Positions 1-11,903 of a stretch of DNA of 64,000 bases are shown piece after piece. The notes beneath the pieces were generated by a model that worked only from the letters and a program-made list of their open reading frames with translations, made no database searches and was not told where the DNA came from. The position numbers were made by a program, and so were the translations under genes. This stretch comes from Eledone cirrhosa (taxonomy: Eukaryota): positions 140,182,001 to 140,246,000 of the forward strand of contig OZ024741.1 of assembly GCA_964016885.1 (NCBI GenBank), written 5' to 3'. Positions within the stretch are counted from its first letter, which is position 1. Every line of letters starts with the position of its first letter.

Positions 1-1514
1 ACATATACATACATATATACACATATATATATTCCTATATACAAGCATACACATACATACACATATATACATATACATACACATATACATACCACACATT
101 CACATACACATACATATATAATACATATATATACATATATATACATACATATGTATGTACGATCATATATACACACTCAATCTTACATTCATATTTACAT
201 GCTCATATATGTATTTTTATATTTAGAAATAAATACCAAAACCTATATAGACACCCACCTACACATATATTCATACATATACGCTTACAAAAACAGATGA
301 TAATAGTATGGGGGAAAGGGGGGGTTTGGAGAAGGGGATCAAAGTAAATATATGTTTCAAGAAACATATAATATTTTCCGTATCTTAATTCAATGTATGT
401 TCTTACATATTTTCAGTGCTAGGAAATACGAAATCTATGCATCTCAAAATAAAAAAGTATACCATTAATCATATGTTAACTAAACCAAAGATAGTCAACA
501 TATTGATTTCCAAGGTGTAAATTAGTTAGGTTTATAATATTTGAAGCAGAATTATGAAGTCAAATAGTAGTAGATTATTAATTACATTATAACTAAATTA
601 AAGTTAATAACGTTATGGTATCAATATTAGGAGATGAATTTAGTAATAGGGAAAAGAAACCCAAATAAAAATAAAATAAAGTATTACATCGGTAGTAGCA
701 TATAAATTATATGTTAACTAAATTAAAAATTATATATTTATTTCAATAGTATACGTTAATTAGTATATGTTAATTAGGTATACAATACATAAAGCAGATA
801 TTGTATTTCATCAATAGCATAATATAATTATATGCAAATAAAAATCAAAATTAATACGCATACATATACATATACATACACATACACATACATATACATA
901 TACACACATATATATATATATATATACATATATATACACATATATACATATATACTCACATAAATATACATACAGATACACATACAACACACACATATAC
1001 ATATACATATAGATATACATATCTTTTTCAAAAAATTGCACAGAATATATTAACTAGGTATATATCCAAAACACATCCCATTCTATGATTACATGACATT
1101 CTGCAATTCGTCTGTACAAGGATACTAATTTTAAGCAAATTAAAATTAAAGTTTTAGGTTGATTAAAACTAAAACCAAATAATAAATATATTTCCAAAAT
1201 GTATATTAATTAGGTCTATAATACTAAAAATTCTTTCTCCGTCATTGGATACATGATATTATTTTGTTATATTTTATCTGTAAAAGAATTATAATAAAAA
1301 AAAAAATTATAATAAAAGGTTAAAATAAATTAAAATTAATCTATAAATTAAATTACTGAGTATATATTAGTAATATTTAAAGGTTTTTCAAAATTTATGA
1401 TTACATAATATTTTCTCATCTGTAATAAAATATTAATTAAATTAAATTTATAGGTTAACTAACATTTAAATTAAATTAAATTCTAGAATAATGTTATTAA
1501 TTAGGTTTATAATA

Positions 1515-2625
1515 TTAAAATGTTTTTTTTAGTTTATGATTACACGATATAATTAATTCCTGTCTTTTATTTAATAAGATATCCCTAGACTTCATTATTT
1601 CAAATAGTTCTTGGGAACATAATCTACATTCCTTTCTATTATTTTGATAAGGGGTGGCTCTTTTGAGCACACTCCAGGTCAAATCATATTTTATATTTTT
1701 ATTTTTATAACTATTGATTTTTTCTGCTAGAGATGTTGTATTAGCCAGTGCGGCATTTTTAAAGCTATGTTTGTGGGTATTATACCTTGTCTTAAAATTG
1801 TTAGAGGTAGCTCCTATATATGAGCAAATAGAATCTTTAGTTTTAACATTACATTTATAGACTATGTTGTTAACAAGACAATTCCCTTTTAATAGGCAGT
1901 TTGTTTTGTTTCTACAGTTACATCCTTTCGTTAATTCTGTATTTGAGGAGATATTATTGTTAATTTGATGTACTGGTGGTATACTTATGGTTTTCTTACA
2001 TTTATATGCATTATATGCACTTATATTTTGTTTTATGTTATTTGTTGTAGAGTATGAGAATTTAACTGTAGACCTATTTAAGATTTGATGGTATTTGTGG
2101 TTTGGCGGGAAGTTTTTCTCAAGGATATAAAAAAATTTTTTAGCAATATTATCCTTAACTTGTAAATTAAAAGGAGCATTATACCAAGTAACTCGTCTAT
2201 TACGGTTTCTATGTTGTTTATTATTTTTATTATTTTTATATGTTGTATCATGATTTTTACTAGGAGGATTAATGTTAATGATCTCACCACAACTATTTTT
2301 AGTTATATTTGTAGATTTAGGTGTTTTATCTTTTTTATTAGGAGTTTTATTATTAATATTTATTATAGTTGTATGATGAGTAGTTTTTTGAGGGTTACTA
2401 TACTTTATATTAGAAGATTTAGTATTTTGGGGTATACTGTGGGTGGCATTTAGGTGTGTACTTTTCATTTGGTGTTTGTTGGTAATATTATGCTGTATGC
2501 TTTCAGTATTTTTAGTAGAAGGTATATACTCTAATCTATTTTTGTGGCCACTTCTATCTAGAGCTTCATTATAAAAGGTCGCATTTTTATCAAATACATC
2601 TTGGTTAGAAGAAAGGTTAGAAATT
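1515..2625 (-). pseudogene. Inverted copy of the PLE linker and GIY-YIG region (no RT catalytic core)
   Basis: Translation identical to the C-terminal part of 2658-4160 except for a stop after KKTF. Confidence 0.9.
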
Positions 2626-2657
2626 GAAACACATACAGTAATCTTTTTGATATTACT

Positions 2658-4160
2658 ATGGGTTCAAGCGATTCCGCCCAAATTACTGATCTTGTGGGCC
2701 TCTTTCTCCTTTTCAACATAAATGCCTCTTTTCCCCACCTCAAAGGTGGTTTATATCGTGATGACTGTCTTCTTCTTTCTAACAACCTTAGCCTTTCAGA
2801 AATCGAAAAAAACAAAAAGCATATTAGAACTTTCCTTAAAGACTATTATAATCTTAATATTACTTTTGAAAAAACAAGTAAAGTAGTAAATTTCCTAGAT
2901 ATAACTTTAGATTTAGCTACGGGTATATACCAACCTTACCATAAACCTAACCAAAACTTACATTACATACACTCACAATCTAATCACCCTAAATCTATCC
3001 TTAAAAACCTTGCATATAATATATCACTTAGAATTTCTAACCTTTCTTCTAACCAAGATGTATTTGATAAAAATGCGACCTTTTATAATGAAGCTCTAGA
3101 TAGAAGTGGCCACAAAAATAGATTAGAGTATATACCTTCTACTAAAAATACTGAAAGCATACAGCATAATATTACCAACAAACACCAAATGAAAAGTACA
3201 CACCTAAATGCCACCCACAGTATACCCCAAAATACTAAATCTTCTAATATAAAGTATAGTAACCCTCAAAAAACTACTCATCATACAACTATAATAAATA
3301 TTAATAATAAAACTCCTAATAAAAAAGATAAAACACCTAAATCTACAAATATAACTAAAAATAGTTGTGGTGAGATCATTAACATTAATCCTCCTAGTAA
3401 AAATCATGATACAACATATAAAAATAATAAAAATAATAAACAACATAGAAACCGTAATAGACGAGTTACTTGGTATAATGCTCCTTTTAATTTACAAGTT
3501 AAGGATAATATTGCTAAAAAATTTTTTTATATCCTTGAGAAAAACTTCCCGCCAAACCACAAATACCATCAAATCTTAAATAGGTCTACAGTTAAATTCT
3601 CATACTCTACAACAAATAACATAAAACAAAATATAAGTGCATATAATGCATATAAATGTAAGAAAACCATAAGTATACCACCAGTACATCAAATTAACAA
3701 TAATATCTCCTCAAATACAGAATTAACGAAAGGATGTAACTGTAGAAACAAAACAAACTGCCTATTAAAAGGGAATTGTCTTGTTAACAACATAGTCTAT
3801 AAATGTAATGTTAAAACTAAAGATTCTATTTGCTCATATATAGGAGCTACCTCTAACAATTTTAAGACAAGGTATAATACCCACAAACATAGCTTTAAAA
3901 ATGCCGCACTGGCTAATACAACATCTCTAGCAGAAAAAATCAATAGTTATAAAAATAAAAATATAAAATATGATTTGACCTGGAGTGTGCTCAAAAGAGC
4001 CACCCCTTATCAAAATAATAGAAAGGAATGTAGATTATGTTCCCAAGAACTATTTGAAATAATGAAGTCTAGGGATATCTTATTAAATAAAAGACAGGAA
4101 TTAATTATATCGTGTAATCATAAACTAAAAAAAACATTTAAATATTATAAACCTAATTAA
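2658..4160 (+). CDS. PLE reverse transcriptase (C-terminal half) plus GIY-YIG endonuclease, 5'-truncated
   Basis: FDITMGSSDSAQITDLVGL (motif B), GLYRDD (catalytic), VNFLDITL, WYNAPFN, GCNCRNKTNCLLKGNC linker, IVYKC...YIGAT...FKTRYNTH, CRLC...LLNKRQE...CNH. The frame is open upstream of the Met, so 2658 is not the real start. Confidence 0.9.
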   Translation: MGSSDSAQITDLVGLFLLFNINASFPHLKGGLYRDDCLLLSNNLSLSEIEKNKKHIRTFLKDYYNLNITFEKTSKVVNFLDITLDLATGIYQPYHKPNQNLHYIHSQSNHPKSILKNLAYNISLRISNLSSNQDVFDKNATFYNEALDRSGHKNRLEYIPSTKNTESIQHNITNKHQMKSTHLNATHSIPQNTKSSNIKYSNPQKTTHHTTIININNKTPNKKDKTPKSTNITKNSCGEIININPPSKNHDTTYKNNKNNKQHRNRNRRVTWYNAPFNLQVKDNIAKKFFYILEKNFPPNHKYHQILNRSTVKFSYSTTNNIKQNISAYNAYKCKKTISIPPVHQINNNISSNTELTKGCNCRNKTNCLLKGNCLVNNIVYKCNVKTKDSICSYIGATSNNFKTRYNTHKHSFKNAALANTTSLAEKINSYKNKNIKYDLTWSVLKRATPYQNNRKECRLCSQELFEIMKSRDILLNKRQELIISCNHKLKKTFKYYKPN

Positions 4161-5899
4161 TAACATTATTCTAGAATTTAATTTAATTTAAATGTTAGTT
4201 AACCTATAAATTTAATTTAATTAATATTTTATTACAGATGAGAAAATATTATGTAATCATAAATTTTGAAAAACCTTTAAATATTACTAATATATACTCA
4301 GTAATTTAATTTATAGATTAATTTTAATTTATTTTAACCTTTTATTATAATTTTTTTTTTTATTATAATTCTTTTACAGATAAAATATAACAAAATAATA
4401 TCATGTATCCAATGACGGAGAAAGAATTTTTAGTATTATAGACCTAATTAATATACATTTTGGAAATATATTTATTATTTGGTTTTAGTTTTAATCAACC
4501 TAAAACTTTAATTTTAATTTGCTTAAAATTAGTATCCTTGTACAGACGAATTGCAGAATGTCATGTAATCATAGAATGGGATGTGTTTTGGATATATACC
4601 TAGTTAATATATTCTGTGCAATTTTTTGAAAAAGATATGTATATCTATATGTATATGTATATGTGTGTGTTGTATGTGTATCTGTATGTATATTTATGTG
4701 AGTATATATGTATATATGTGTATATATATGTATATATATATATATATATGTGTGTATATGTATATGTATGTGTATGTGTATGTATATGTATATGTATGCG
4801 TATTAATTTTGATTTTTATTTGCATATAATTATATTATGCTATTGATGAAATACAATATCTGCTTTATGTATTGTATACCTAATTAACATATACTAATTA
4901 ACGTATACTATTGAAATAAATATATAATTTTTAATTTAGTTAACATATAATTTATATGCTACTACCGATGTAATACTTTATTTTATTTTTATTTGGGTTT
5001 CTTTTCCCTATTACTAAATTCATCTCCTAATATTGATACCATAACGTTATTAACTTTAATTTAGTTATAATGTAATTAATAATCTACTACTATTTGACTT
5101 CATAATTCTGCTTCAAATATTATAAACCTAACTAATTTACACCTTGGAAATCAATATGTTGACTATCTTTGGTTTAGTTAACATATGATTAATGGTATAC
5201 TTTTTTATTTTGAGATGCATAGATTTCGTATTTCCTAGCACTGAAAATATGTAAGAACATACATTGAATTAAGATACGGAAAATATTATATGTTTCTTGA
5301 AACATATATTTACTTTGATCCCCTTCTCCAAACCCCCCCTTTCCCCCATACTATTATCATCTGTTTTTGTAAGCGTATATGTATGAATATATGTGTAGGT
5401 GGGTGTCTATATAGGTTTTGGTATTTATTTCTAAATATAAAAATACATATATGAGCATGTAAATATGAATGTAAGATTGAGTGTGTATATATGATCGTAC
5501 ATACATATGTATGTATATATATGTATATATATGTATTATATATGTATGTGTATGTGAATGTGTGGTATGTATATGTGTATGTATATGTATATATGTGTAT
5601 GTATGTGTATGCTTGTATATAGGAATATATATATGTGTATATATGTATGTATATGTATATGCGTGTTTGTATGTATGTGTATATGGGTTCTGTATATATT
5701 TGTATGTCTCTCTATTTATATGTTTATCTTCGTATCTATGTGATATATGTGTGTGTGTGTGCACGTATGCATATGTATGTGTTTGTGTGTGTTTGTATGT
5801 GTGTGTGTATATATATGTGTATTTGCGCACACTCACATACACATATATATATATATATATGTGAGTGTGTATGTGTGTCTGTGTGTGTGTGTGTGTGTG

Positions 5900-5964
<65 letters not shown>

Positions 5965-6292
5965 CTTTATTATTATTGTAATATAACTTATGTGTATATG
6001 TGTATAAGTGAGGTTGTGTATGTATATATACTACGTGTATATATAAGAGTAATGAAATATATATATATATATATATATGTGCATGTCTGTTTTTTATGTG
6101 TGTGTATATATATATATGTATGTGTATATATGTATATATATATATATGTGTACGTGTGTGTATGTGGATATATATATATATATATATATATACATGTGGG
6201 TGTTTGTATGTGTATTTATGGTGGTATGAGTGTGTGGATATATATGTTTTTATATATATATATGTATATGTATATATATATATATGAGTCTA

Positions 6293-6345
<53 letters not shown>

Positions 6346-7133
6346 ATGTGTGTATGTGTTGCGCGTGAGTGTGTGTGTATTTATATCTTTTTATATGTGT
6401 ATGTGTATGTTCGTGTAAATGTATGTGTGTGTATGACTGTATAGGTATGTGTGTATGTATGTATGTGTAGATATCTCTATGTGCGCGTACATGTATGTAT
6501 GTGTATGTATATCTGTATGTGTATGTACATTATATTATATTTATTATATTTTATTGTTTTTATTTTTTTATTTTTTTATTTTTCTTAATTTATAGATACA
6601 TTTATATTAGGCAGTCTGGTCTGACAATCTAATACTGACCCCTCCCCCCCCCCCCCCCCTCCCACCTAATTTCTGTATCTTGATCTTGAAATGTGTGTGC
6701 CAGTGTTTTTATGTGAGTGACTTAATTTCTATTTGCTTATGATTTTATATCCACATATATAAATGTGAGTGGGGGAGTGTGTGTGTTTGTATGTTCGTGG
6801 TTATGTGTATATTTATGCATATACGCACATGTATGTGTGATTATACTGATATGTGTGAGTATGAAAAAAATATATTTATATGCTTGACTCCATAAGTATC
6901 ATTGCGTATCTTATCAGCGCATTAAGCTTACAGAGATATTAACCTTGAAATTTTGTGTTTGCATCCATCTTTTTAGTATGCACATACAAATTATACACAC
7001 ATTATTGTAAAATATGTGTAAGGTTTTTACATGTATATACACACACCAAACTGCTTTTAACCCTTTGTGTTTTCATTGGTCAATTTTGAACTGATATTTT
7101 GAATTGTTGTTATTATCAATAAATATACTTCAT

Positions 7134-7278
7134 TATTTCTGAAGACGGCGTATATATGAGTTAGGTATGTATATTTAATCTTGATAATTTGTATAATTTT
7201 GTATAATTTTGTACATAGATCTGTTAAATATGCATACCAATTATAACACATATATACCCTAGAAACGATCGTTAAATA
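7134..7278 (+). ncRNA. Type I hammerhead ribozyme with ~115-nt extended stem II
   Basis: Stem I TATTT/AAATA; core CTGAAGA 7139-7145; stem II helices GTATATATG/CATATATAC and GGTATGTATATTTAA/TTAAATATGCATACC; GAAAC-GATC-GTT 7262-7273. Confidence 0.75.
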
Positions 7279-7328
7279 GTGAACTTTTTTTGTTTAATAT
7301 AAGGAATTGTTTGTTCATTATTTGTTTA

Positions 7329-7379
<51 letters not shown>

Positions 7380-7442
7380 GTATATATATGTGTATATATA
7401 TATATGTGTGTGTATGTGTGTGTATGTGTGTGTGTGTGTGTG

Positions 7443-7494
<52 letters not shown>

Positions 7495-7559
7495 TGTCTG
7501 TTGACACCTGGAATTTAGCTTAAGAGAAACATGACAATAATGATAATATAGGCACCCAA

Positions 7560-7870
7560 TATTTTGAACTGGTTTATAGAATTCTTTTGGCCTTTGTCAC
7601 TCTAAGTAGAGCTTTAAAAAATTAGCTTTTAAAGAATTTCCCTTTTCTTTAAATCCATCAACCATGACCGACCCCCAACCATCTCATAGAGACCTGAAAT
7701 ATCGGCATTGTTAGCCGAAGAGAAACTTAAAAATAAGGAGTGGCTCTCCAATCTGAACTTGTTTATAGAATTCTTTCTGCCTTTGTTACTCTAAATATAA
7801 ATTATAGCCTTAAAGAATTAACTTTTAATAAATTCCCTTTTCTTTCAACCAATGACCTCCACCCATCCCA
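7560..7870. repeat. Diverged tandem duplication, ~190-bp period
   Basis: TTTATAGAATTCTTT..GCCTTTGT.ACTCTAA...TTCCCTTTTCTTT at ~7573 and ~7762. Confidence 0.6.
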
Positions 7871-8068
7871 CTCCCCACCCTCTCCTACAACCTGAAAAGT
7901 TATAAATACCACAGCATTTATTTTGGAATTCCAGATTCCTGATGATTTCTAAAGAATGAAACAGTTCTTGTTTTGCATAATCTAATCTATATTAAAACTT
8001 TTATACTCTGCTATGTATTGAGTACCTTACTTACTGTGGTTACCTCCGATTCAACCCTGAATAACTTA

Positions 8069-8152
<84 letters not shown>

Positions 8153-8421
8153 AATCTATATATATACACGTGTACATGCGCACATATACACGCACTCCCA
8201 GATATATTGGCTGAGTGTGAAAGACCAAAGGTCATTATTGCAATATACTTATTTTTTATTGAAGAAGGTAAGATATTTTTCTGTAAAAATGTTATTGCAC
8301 TGTTTTGTTTCCACTTATGTATTTTTTAAAAATGTTATTTATTCATTATAAAAATTAAATGATAGCATTCTATATGTAGGTGGTCCTCCTTCCATTTTTA
8401 GACCCTGTCCGCCACTGTATA

Positions 8422-8452
<31 letters not shown>

Positions 8453-8639
8453 TTTCGATCAACATTCGTCGAATCGGACCGAGGAAACAGTGTTTCCGTT
8501 GGTCTTTCCAATTGCTAATACAATCTATCACAACTCCTGGTAGAAGGAACAACGTAAAATAAGGTGTCTTGTTCAAGGACATAACGCGTTGCCAGGTCCA
8601 GGAATATATATATATATATATACTATAAATTATGTCCAT

Positions 8640-8915
8640 AGAATCATTTGATAAGCTATATCCACCATTTCCTCTCCCAATCAGCATAATCAACCACACA
8701 AAAAAAAAACAATTAAACCAGGCTATTAGATTAAAAGGCACCTATGAAGAAATAATAGATAAATAAACGACAGCCATCTATTCGCGATCAACAGCTATAG
8801 AATATTTACCCAGTATTTCAATAGCACGTGGAAATCGATTAAAGATATCGTCAACCATACACAATTAGGTATAAAATTAAAGTTAGAAGAAAAAATGTAT
8901 ATAAACATACCTGGA
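8640..8915 (-). mobile_element. Diverged pLTR-like fragment of the 44634-46020 family, truncated before the HHR
   Basis: Shares TTTCCTCTCCCAAT.AG.ATAAT.AACCA, AAAAGGC.CCTATGAAGAAAT and AATTAGGT.TAAAAT with 44660-44880; flanked by (TA)n. Confidence 0.7.
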
Positions 8916-8934
8916 TTATATATATATATATATA

Positions 8935-9820
8935 GTCCTCACCTCACAGTCCTCACCTCACTCCACTAGTCATCCCGCTCTACTGTTATCTGTTCATCCC
9001 GCTCTACTACTATCTCTTCACCCTGTCTTGACCCTCTGACCACTTCCTGTTGCGTGCGCACCCCACTTCTCTCCACTTCCGACCACCACCAACATTGGAT
9101 TCTACACCTTCGGTCATCTCTCCAACCATCCACTCCATAACATGAAAAATATCCAGCGCTCTTTACACATCTGACGGAACTACCTCAGGACGTTACCCAC
9201 GAACATACACTCACATATATTTTTTCGCACCACGCCCCCCACATCCACACCACATATAAACAGAAACACACACGTGCGTATCCCCACATATACACAACAT
9301 CCTTAATGCACACGCCACCTCCCCCACTCCCTGACCCCTCTCCTTCCACACGCACGCACACACCGACTGACACCCCACCCCACGCACACACCTTTTCCTG
9401 AACATGGAACCTCGTTCTTCCCCAAACTCTCACATACACACGCACACACACTCATGTACACCTACACACATACACAAACACCACCTTCAGCCTTCCTGGC
9501 TTCGACCCACCGCCTCCCTCTCCCAACTCCACCGGCCACTACCCTTACACGCCTCACACCCTTCCACCACTTGTCCATCTTCTTGTTTATTCTTATGTTT
9601 ATTTTTACGTTTACGTTTATTTTTATTTTTATTTGTTCTCCTTCCCCCTTTTTTCTAAATGTATTTCCACACACCCTCTGAACTCTCTTCCTAACCTATC
9701 TACTCCTCAAGAAGGGCATATGACCGAAACGTCCCCCCCCCTTCTTCTCAAAAGCGTGAACCTAATAAATCTTTATTTGTCTGCCTCTGTTTTGTTCCCG
9801 TATAAATTTGCACTATATAT
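8935..9820 (+). mobile_element. 3' UTR/pLTR of a GC-rich PLE (family of 19550-21735) with degenerate HHR at ~9704-9735
   Basis: Reverse-complement similarity to 19550-20340 (CCTGAACATGGAACCTCGTTCTTCCCCAAACTCTCACAT); CTCAAGA-AGGGCATATGACC-GAAACGTC has a mutated core. Confidence 0.8.
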
Positions 9821-10120
9821 ATACATGTGTCCGCATGTATCTGTGTGTTTCTAAATATATTGTTAATAACTCCCTCTGGTCGAGCAATCTTTGAAGTGTG
9901 GGGACTGCTGGAAAGCTTCCATTACTCATACTTCTCGCCTCCTTCACCACCTCTTCTACGGCTTCGATATAAATACCGCCTCCGCGGTATTTTCTTCGGG
10001 GTTATAAGAGGCTTAGCTCTGTTTCTCGACCGTTATATCGCGTGACTATCTCCCTCTCCGCCTTTTGGGATTCTTTCTCACGTCGTGTAGACGCGTTCTT
10101 GAGACTAGTAAAATGAGGTA

Positions 10121-10210
10121 TCCTCTTGATAAGTCGGCAGACCTCGCAAGGACTCTATACCTTTATGATGTATTGTTTTTGTTTATGCCACGAAACTACG
10201 TAGTCGAGGA
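10121..10210 (+). ncRNA. Type I hammerhead ribozyme, U3-A8 core variant
   Basis: Stem I TCCTC/GAGGA; core TTGATAA 10126-10132; stem II GT(C)GGCA...TGCCAC; GAAAC-TACGTA-GTC with palindromic stem III; GUC triplet 10203-10205. Confidence 0.8.
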
Positions 10211-10438
10211 ATCTAGGAGCAGTTTAGGTATGATACATTTTATTACTAATTATATCTAAATGTTTCTTCTCTCTTCATAATGTATTTTTAACTCTGATAC
10301 TGGTTCAGTCTAGTTCAACCGGATTGGTCTGTCCCAGTCATTCATTGAGCAACATCGGTGAAGTTGGCACCCTTAACTCACGGTTGGGTGCGGATGCATT
10401 CATGTATATGTGTGTGTTCGCATGTGTCTGTGTGTTTC

Positions 10439-10497
<59 letters not shown>

Positions 10498-10516
10498 GTT
10501 TGTGTGTGTGTGTGTT

Positions 10517-11120
10517 AATTGATACAAAATTAGAAAACTCAAAGCTAGAACAGCTGTTAAAACAGTCAAATTCTATAAATGTCGGCGACAGGCAAAAATA
10601 CACCACAGGCCAGAGACCAGCGAGTAATGAATGGGAGAATGAAGCAGATCCCACTCCATCGCTAGAAAGAACAGCAAAAGCTTTTGTGTGGTGGAAGTGG
10701 CAATAAACGGGAGTGATAATAGGGGCATCAAGTATAAGTCAGAATAGAAATGTGGAGCAGAGAGTGATCTGTCTGCCTACCTATCAATTCTGTTTGTTTT
10801 ATGACAAACACATACCAGCAGAAAGATTAATGTTTCCTGTTGCACGATCCAGCATTCTGAAAATGGTACTTGAACTTGTTTTGTCCATTGCCTTTCTATA
10901 TTTCCTTCTGCCAGTGACTTCTATGCACCAACACTATTCTCCTTTTCCTCCTCCTCTGTCATGCTTTTCTATATTTCATCTGCTTGTCACCCATCTAGGG
11001 GATTGTCTCTCTGCCAAATTTTGGCCTCTGAGGCATTTTTGTCTATAATTATAATTGTCGGCCTTTGACTATTTTAATTTTAGTTGTTCTAGCAATGCGT
11101 TTTCCTATTAACCTATTAAT
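10517..11120. repeat. Old imperfect inverted repeat (two diverged copies in opposite orientation)
   Basis: Left GAAAACTCAAAGCTAGAACAGCTGTTAAAACAGTCAAA...CAAAAATAC...AGGCCA vs reverse complement of the right end GAAAACGCATTGCTAGAACAACT...TTAAAATAGTCAAA...CAAAAATGC...AGGCCA. Confidence 0.6.
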
Positions 11121-11362
11121 TCAAATATATTTTCTCTATACGTCCCGATCAGAGACAACACTATTTATTCATATTTGGCAATAAACCGTATGTTTAATTA
11201 AAAACATTTTGAAGACCTGGCGCTATCATTTTTAAAATAGTGACTATGTCACTTACTTCGGGACCGGCAATCGCTCTGTATAATCAGCTCCTGATTATTA
11301 CTGGAATTCTATAAAAATCCAGCTTCTATAATTTTCAGCAAAGGCGGGGAGGGGAGTACATT

Positions 11363-11403
11363 GCTCTGATGATCGCCAACAGCATGAAACAGACTCTGTT
11401 AGC
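11363..11403 (+). ncRNA. Minimal type I hammerhead (unit 1)
   Basis: GCT-CTGATGA-TCGC CAACA GCAT-GAAAC AG ACT CT GTT-AGC; stem II imperfect. Confidence 0.65.
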
Positions 11404-11667
11404 TTCTCTCCCTTCTTTTGCCGAAATAAGAAGTAAGTGTCATAGTCACTACTTTAAAAATGATAGCGCAAGGTCTTCAAAATGTTTTAATTAAACATAC
11501 GGTATATTGCCAAGTATACTATACATACATTCATGTATACCTCGCTATTTCAGAGCAGCAATCCTAATACCTAATTTTTGCTGGACCGGCAGTCGTTCTG
11601 TATAATCAGCTACTGATTATTACTGGAATTATATAAGAATCCAGCTTCTATAATTTTCGGCAACGTT

Positions 11668-11708
11668 GCTTTGATGATCGCCAACAGCGTGAAACAGACT
11701 CTGTTACC
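11668..11708 (+). ncRNA. Minimal type I hammerhead (unit 2, C3U, weakened stem I)
   Basis: GCT-TTGATGA-TCGC CAACA GCGT-GAAAC AG ACT CT GTT-ACC. Confidence 0.55.
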
Positions 11709-11836
11709 TTCTCTTCCTTTTTTGACCGAAAAAAGAAGTAAGTGACATAGTCACTACTTTTAAAAATGATAGCGCAAGGTCGTCAAAATGTTTTTAATTA
11801 AACACACGGTATATTGCCAAATATACTATACATACA

Positions 11837-11899
<63 letters not shown>

Positions 11900-11903
<4 letters not shown>

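Larger units (their letters stand above)
1..5656. repeat. Large near-perfect inverted repeat: arms 1-2625 and 3032-5656, 406-bp spacer; left arm runs off the window start
   Basis: Mirrored ORFs sum to 5657 (811-1041 - vs 4616-4846 +; 2211-2453 + vs 3204-3446 -). Inner junction ...GGTTAGAAATT(2625) vs (3032)AATTTCTAACC. One visible mismatch at 1517/4140 puts an earlier stop in the left copy. Confidence 0.95.
2626..7335 (+). mobile_element. 5'-truncated Penelope-like retroelement (Hydra-like), ~3 kb AT/microsatellite-rich 3' region ending near an HHR
   Basis: RT-EN ORF 2658-4160, HHR at 7134-7278, ends in (TA)n/(TG)n at ~7335; an inverted partial copy at the 5' side is typical PLE architecture. 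Assigning all of 4161-7335 to the element is inference. Confidence 0.75.
11171..11840 (+). mobile_element. Non-coding tandem dimer (~305-320 bp unit) with one HHR per unit plus an inverted 89-bp 5' piece; pLTR/retrozyme-like
   Basis: Units start GGACCGGCA at ~11261 and ~11583; 11171-11259 is the reverse complement of ~11431-11517 and ~11735-11822; ends in (TA)n. Confidence 0.8.

Noticed and set aside
5262-5312. Sequence resembling the 13381 HHR (mirror at ~345-395)
   Set aside because: Core unrecognisable and no stem I.
7940-7975. CTGATGA-TTTCTAAAGAAT-GAAAC possible hammerhead
   Set aside because: Weak stem II and no stem I complement after the candidate triplet.
8380-8418. CAGTGGCGGA-type DNA transposon terminus on the minus strand next to (TA)n
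   Set aside because: No matching second TIR found in the window.
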